Positions 62,065 to 64,000 of a DNA stretch of 64,000 bases are shown here, one piece after another. Position numbers and translations under genes: made by a program. The stretch spans positions 231,634,001-231,698,000 of the forward strand of contig NC_058368.1 of the NCBI RefSeq assembly GCF_018350175.1. The letters run 5' to 3'. Under the pieces are notes generated by a model. The model was given only the letters and a program-made list of their open reading frames with translations. It did not search any database and was not told the origin of the DNA. This DNA comes from Felis catus (Eukaryota). Every line of letters starts with the position of its first letter. Within the stretch, counting starts at the first letter, position 1.

Positions 62065-64000
62065 GGGGCCCCGTTAAGGGCAAAGCGGTGTCACAGATGA
62101 TCAGAAAGGCAGAAAAAGCTGGCCGTGGGCACCACCTCCTCCATCATGGTGTGTGGTCAGAGGTCAGTGGCCAGGCTGCCCCACCTGCCAGCACCCCCCC
62201 TGGGACAGACCCTCAGTGTTGAGTGACCACTCTGATGTCGGAGACCGTGGGCCTCTCGGGGTGAGGCTATCCCTCAGGCAAGGGGATGAGTTCCTCTTTC
62301 TTAGCGCTCCTGTTGCTGTGTCCGATGGCTGTCCTTGCTGGACAAAGGCACACGTGCATGGCGAGCCTCGCCTGGGGGTCGGTCATACCTGGGTCCATCC
62401 TGGCTTCCTTTGTGTGACTTTTTGTTAAGACGGGATAAAACGGTAAGGGTGAGAGGGAAAGCAAGGTGGTGAGACCTGTGGCATACAGGTGGATGCTTGG
62501 TTTCCTCCTCCTTGACCAGGAGGGAGCCCTGGTCTGGTCTTGTTGGTCAGCACTGCTCTGTCTCCTGCCCACGTTCGGGGAGCTCTCCTCAGTATAGAGG
62601 GGAGCAGATCACAGGGCCCCTCAGGTCTCGCCACTCAGGGCTGGGAAGGGTCCAAGAGGGTTTTCTGATGGGCCACCTCCGTGCTGATTCCACTTCCTGG
62701 GAAGGGGCTTCTCTGTTCCTCACCCCCTGCCTCCCAGCAGCCCCCACCCCGCCTTCACTACTGGGCTGGGCTGGTAGCACAAGCTTCTGTAAATCCGAGT
62801 CAATTAGTTGTGTGCGCACTTGATTTCCACCAGACTTCTTAAAGAGTTCCGATCTTTTTTCTCCCTTGAATATTTGAACACACATGATGGCGTTCCTTGG
62901 CAGCGACTGTCTAGGCGAAGTGGGACTATTTTGTCTACAAGTACTTGGCTTTCAGGTAATGGAAGTACTATGTAAACAGAATGCTATATTGGAACTCTGT
63001 TCATTTCCCTCCTTAGTTTTTAAACGTCTCCCTTAGGAGACCGAGGAAAGCTGCGCTCAGATCAGATTCGATGTGTACTTGTATTTACGTCCTTTGTATA
63101 TTTCATTTGTATATTTCAGACAACACAGTCGTTATCACCATATGGGTATATTTCACCCGGCGCTGTCTCAGTGTGCAAGAAATAATATTTCTTTGTTTTT
63201 TATCCTTTATAATTTAACTTTGTGGCTCCTTTCCTTTGAGGTGGTAGAAATGTGTCACAGCTTGAGGTTACCCCAACATTTCTGCAGTTGTAGTTGAGCT
63301 CTAGGGGGACTGCGAGAGAAGACAGGGGAGAACCTATCCGGTTCTCAAGATCTCCTGTTGTGTCTCTGGTCCCTGCATTCCAGCCCCTCCCACCGTACAC
63401 GGTTCACCATTTTTGCATGACTCATCTGTAGATCTAATGACTACCCTACATCAGTGCCCAGGATGCCTTCTGCCTCTTCCTGCACACATTAGGCAGCGGC
63501 ATGCCCCTGGGGCTGTGGGAGGTGACTTTTGTGCCTTGCTTGGGTGCACAGAGCCTTCTCCTGTTTCTGCACCAGAACCCCGGGAATTCAACAAGGTGCT
63601 TTAGGCCTTCCAGCAGGACTCGAGGATTTCTACCCTGGGTCTTGCTGCTTCCTTAGCCCCTACCTGGATCCAGTTTCAACCCCCCCCCCCCACCCATTCA
63701 GGGATTTTTGTAGGCACCCCTGAGGCTCAGTCTGTGGAGAGAATGATGCCAGCCTTTGCTCAGGTCTTCCTGCCTTGTAGTTCCAGTGGCTTTCACTGAC
63801 TGCTCTTCTCCCTCGATCCTGAGGAAACTGGTCTTTCCTGGGTGGCGAGGGTAGACAGACTTTTTTACTTGGAACCTCAACTTGTAAAACCCCAAAGCAC
63901 CTCCCTGCTTTCTGCCATAACATTACTTATCTGAGCTCACACAATCTGGTCTCCGTGGTTCTCAAAGGGTCCAAGCAAATGTTGAGGGATGATGTCAGTG

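Noticed and set aside
1..64000. CRISPR-like array, prokaryotic operon or intact retroviral gag/pol/env
   Set aside because: No regularly spaced direct repeats, no gene-dense segment and no long retroviral ORF were seen.

Overview
Mammalian genomic DNA, almost certainly felid. It carries about 27 tRNA-derived Can-SINEs, including young cat-type SINEC_Fc copies, plus carnivore LINE-1s. I found no recognisable host protein-coding exon, RNA gene or prokaryotic system, so the window reads as intergenic or deep intronic. The only convincing long coding frame is the C-terminal ~45% of LINE-1 ORF2 in a young, 5'-truncated, TSD-flanked L1 (3188-5187). The rest is layered repeats: older L1s (two with twin-priming inversions), MaLR/ERVL LTRs, an ERV1 LTR with its polypurine tract, a long degenerate MER4-group-like ERV internal region, L2/MIR and hAT/Tc2 DNA-transposon relics, with short unique stretches between them. 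The most interesting observations are (i) an apparent AT-to-GC biased substitution tract at ~21-25 kb, (ii) three SINEs stacked at one site as a near spacer-less inverted repeat, (iii) a ~55-bp env immunosuppressive-domain-like insert in ERV internal sequence, (iv) a CTCF-like motif next to a TATA box at ~62.04 kb, and (v) a few candidate unannotated exons. I cannot support a claim of a new biological system here. Repeat family names come from recalled consensus sequences, not a database search, and boundaries of old repeats are approximate.
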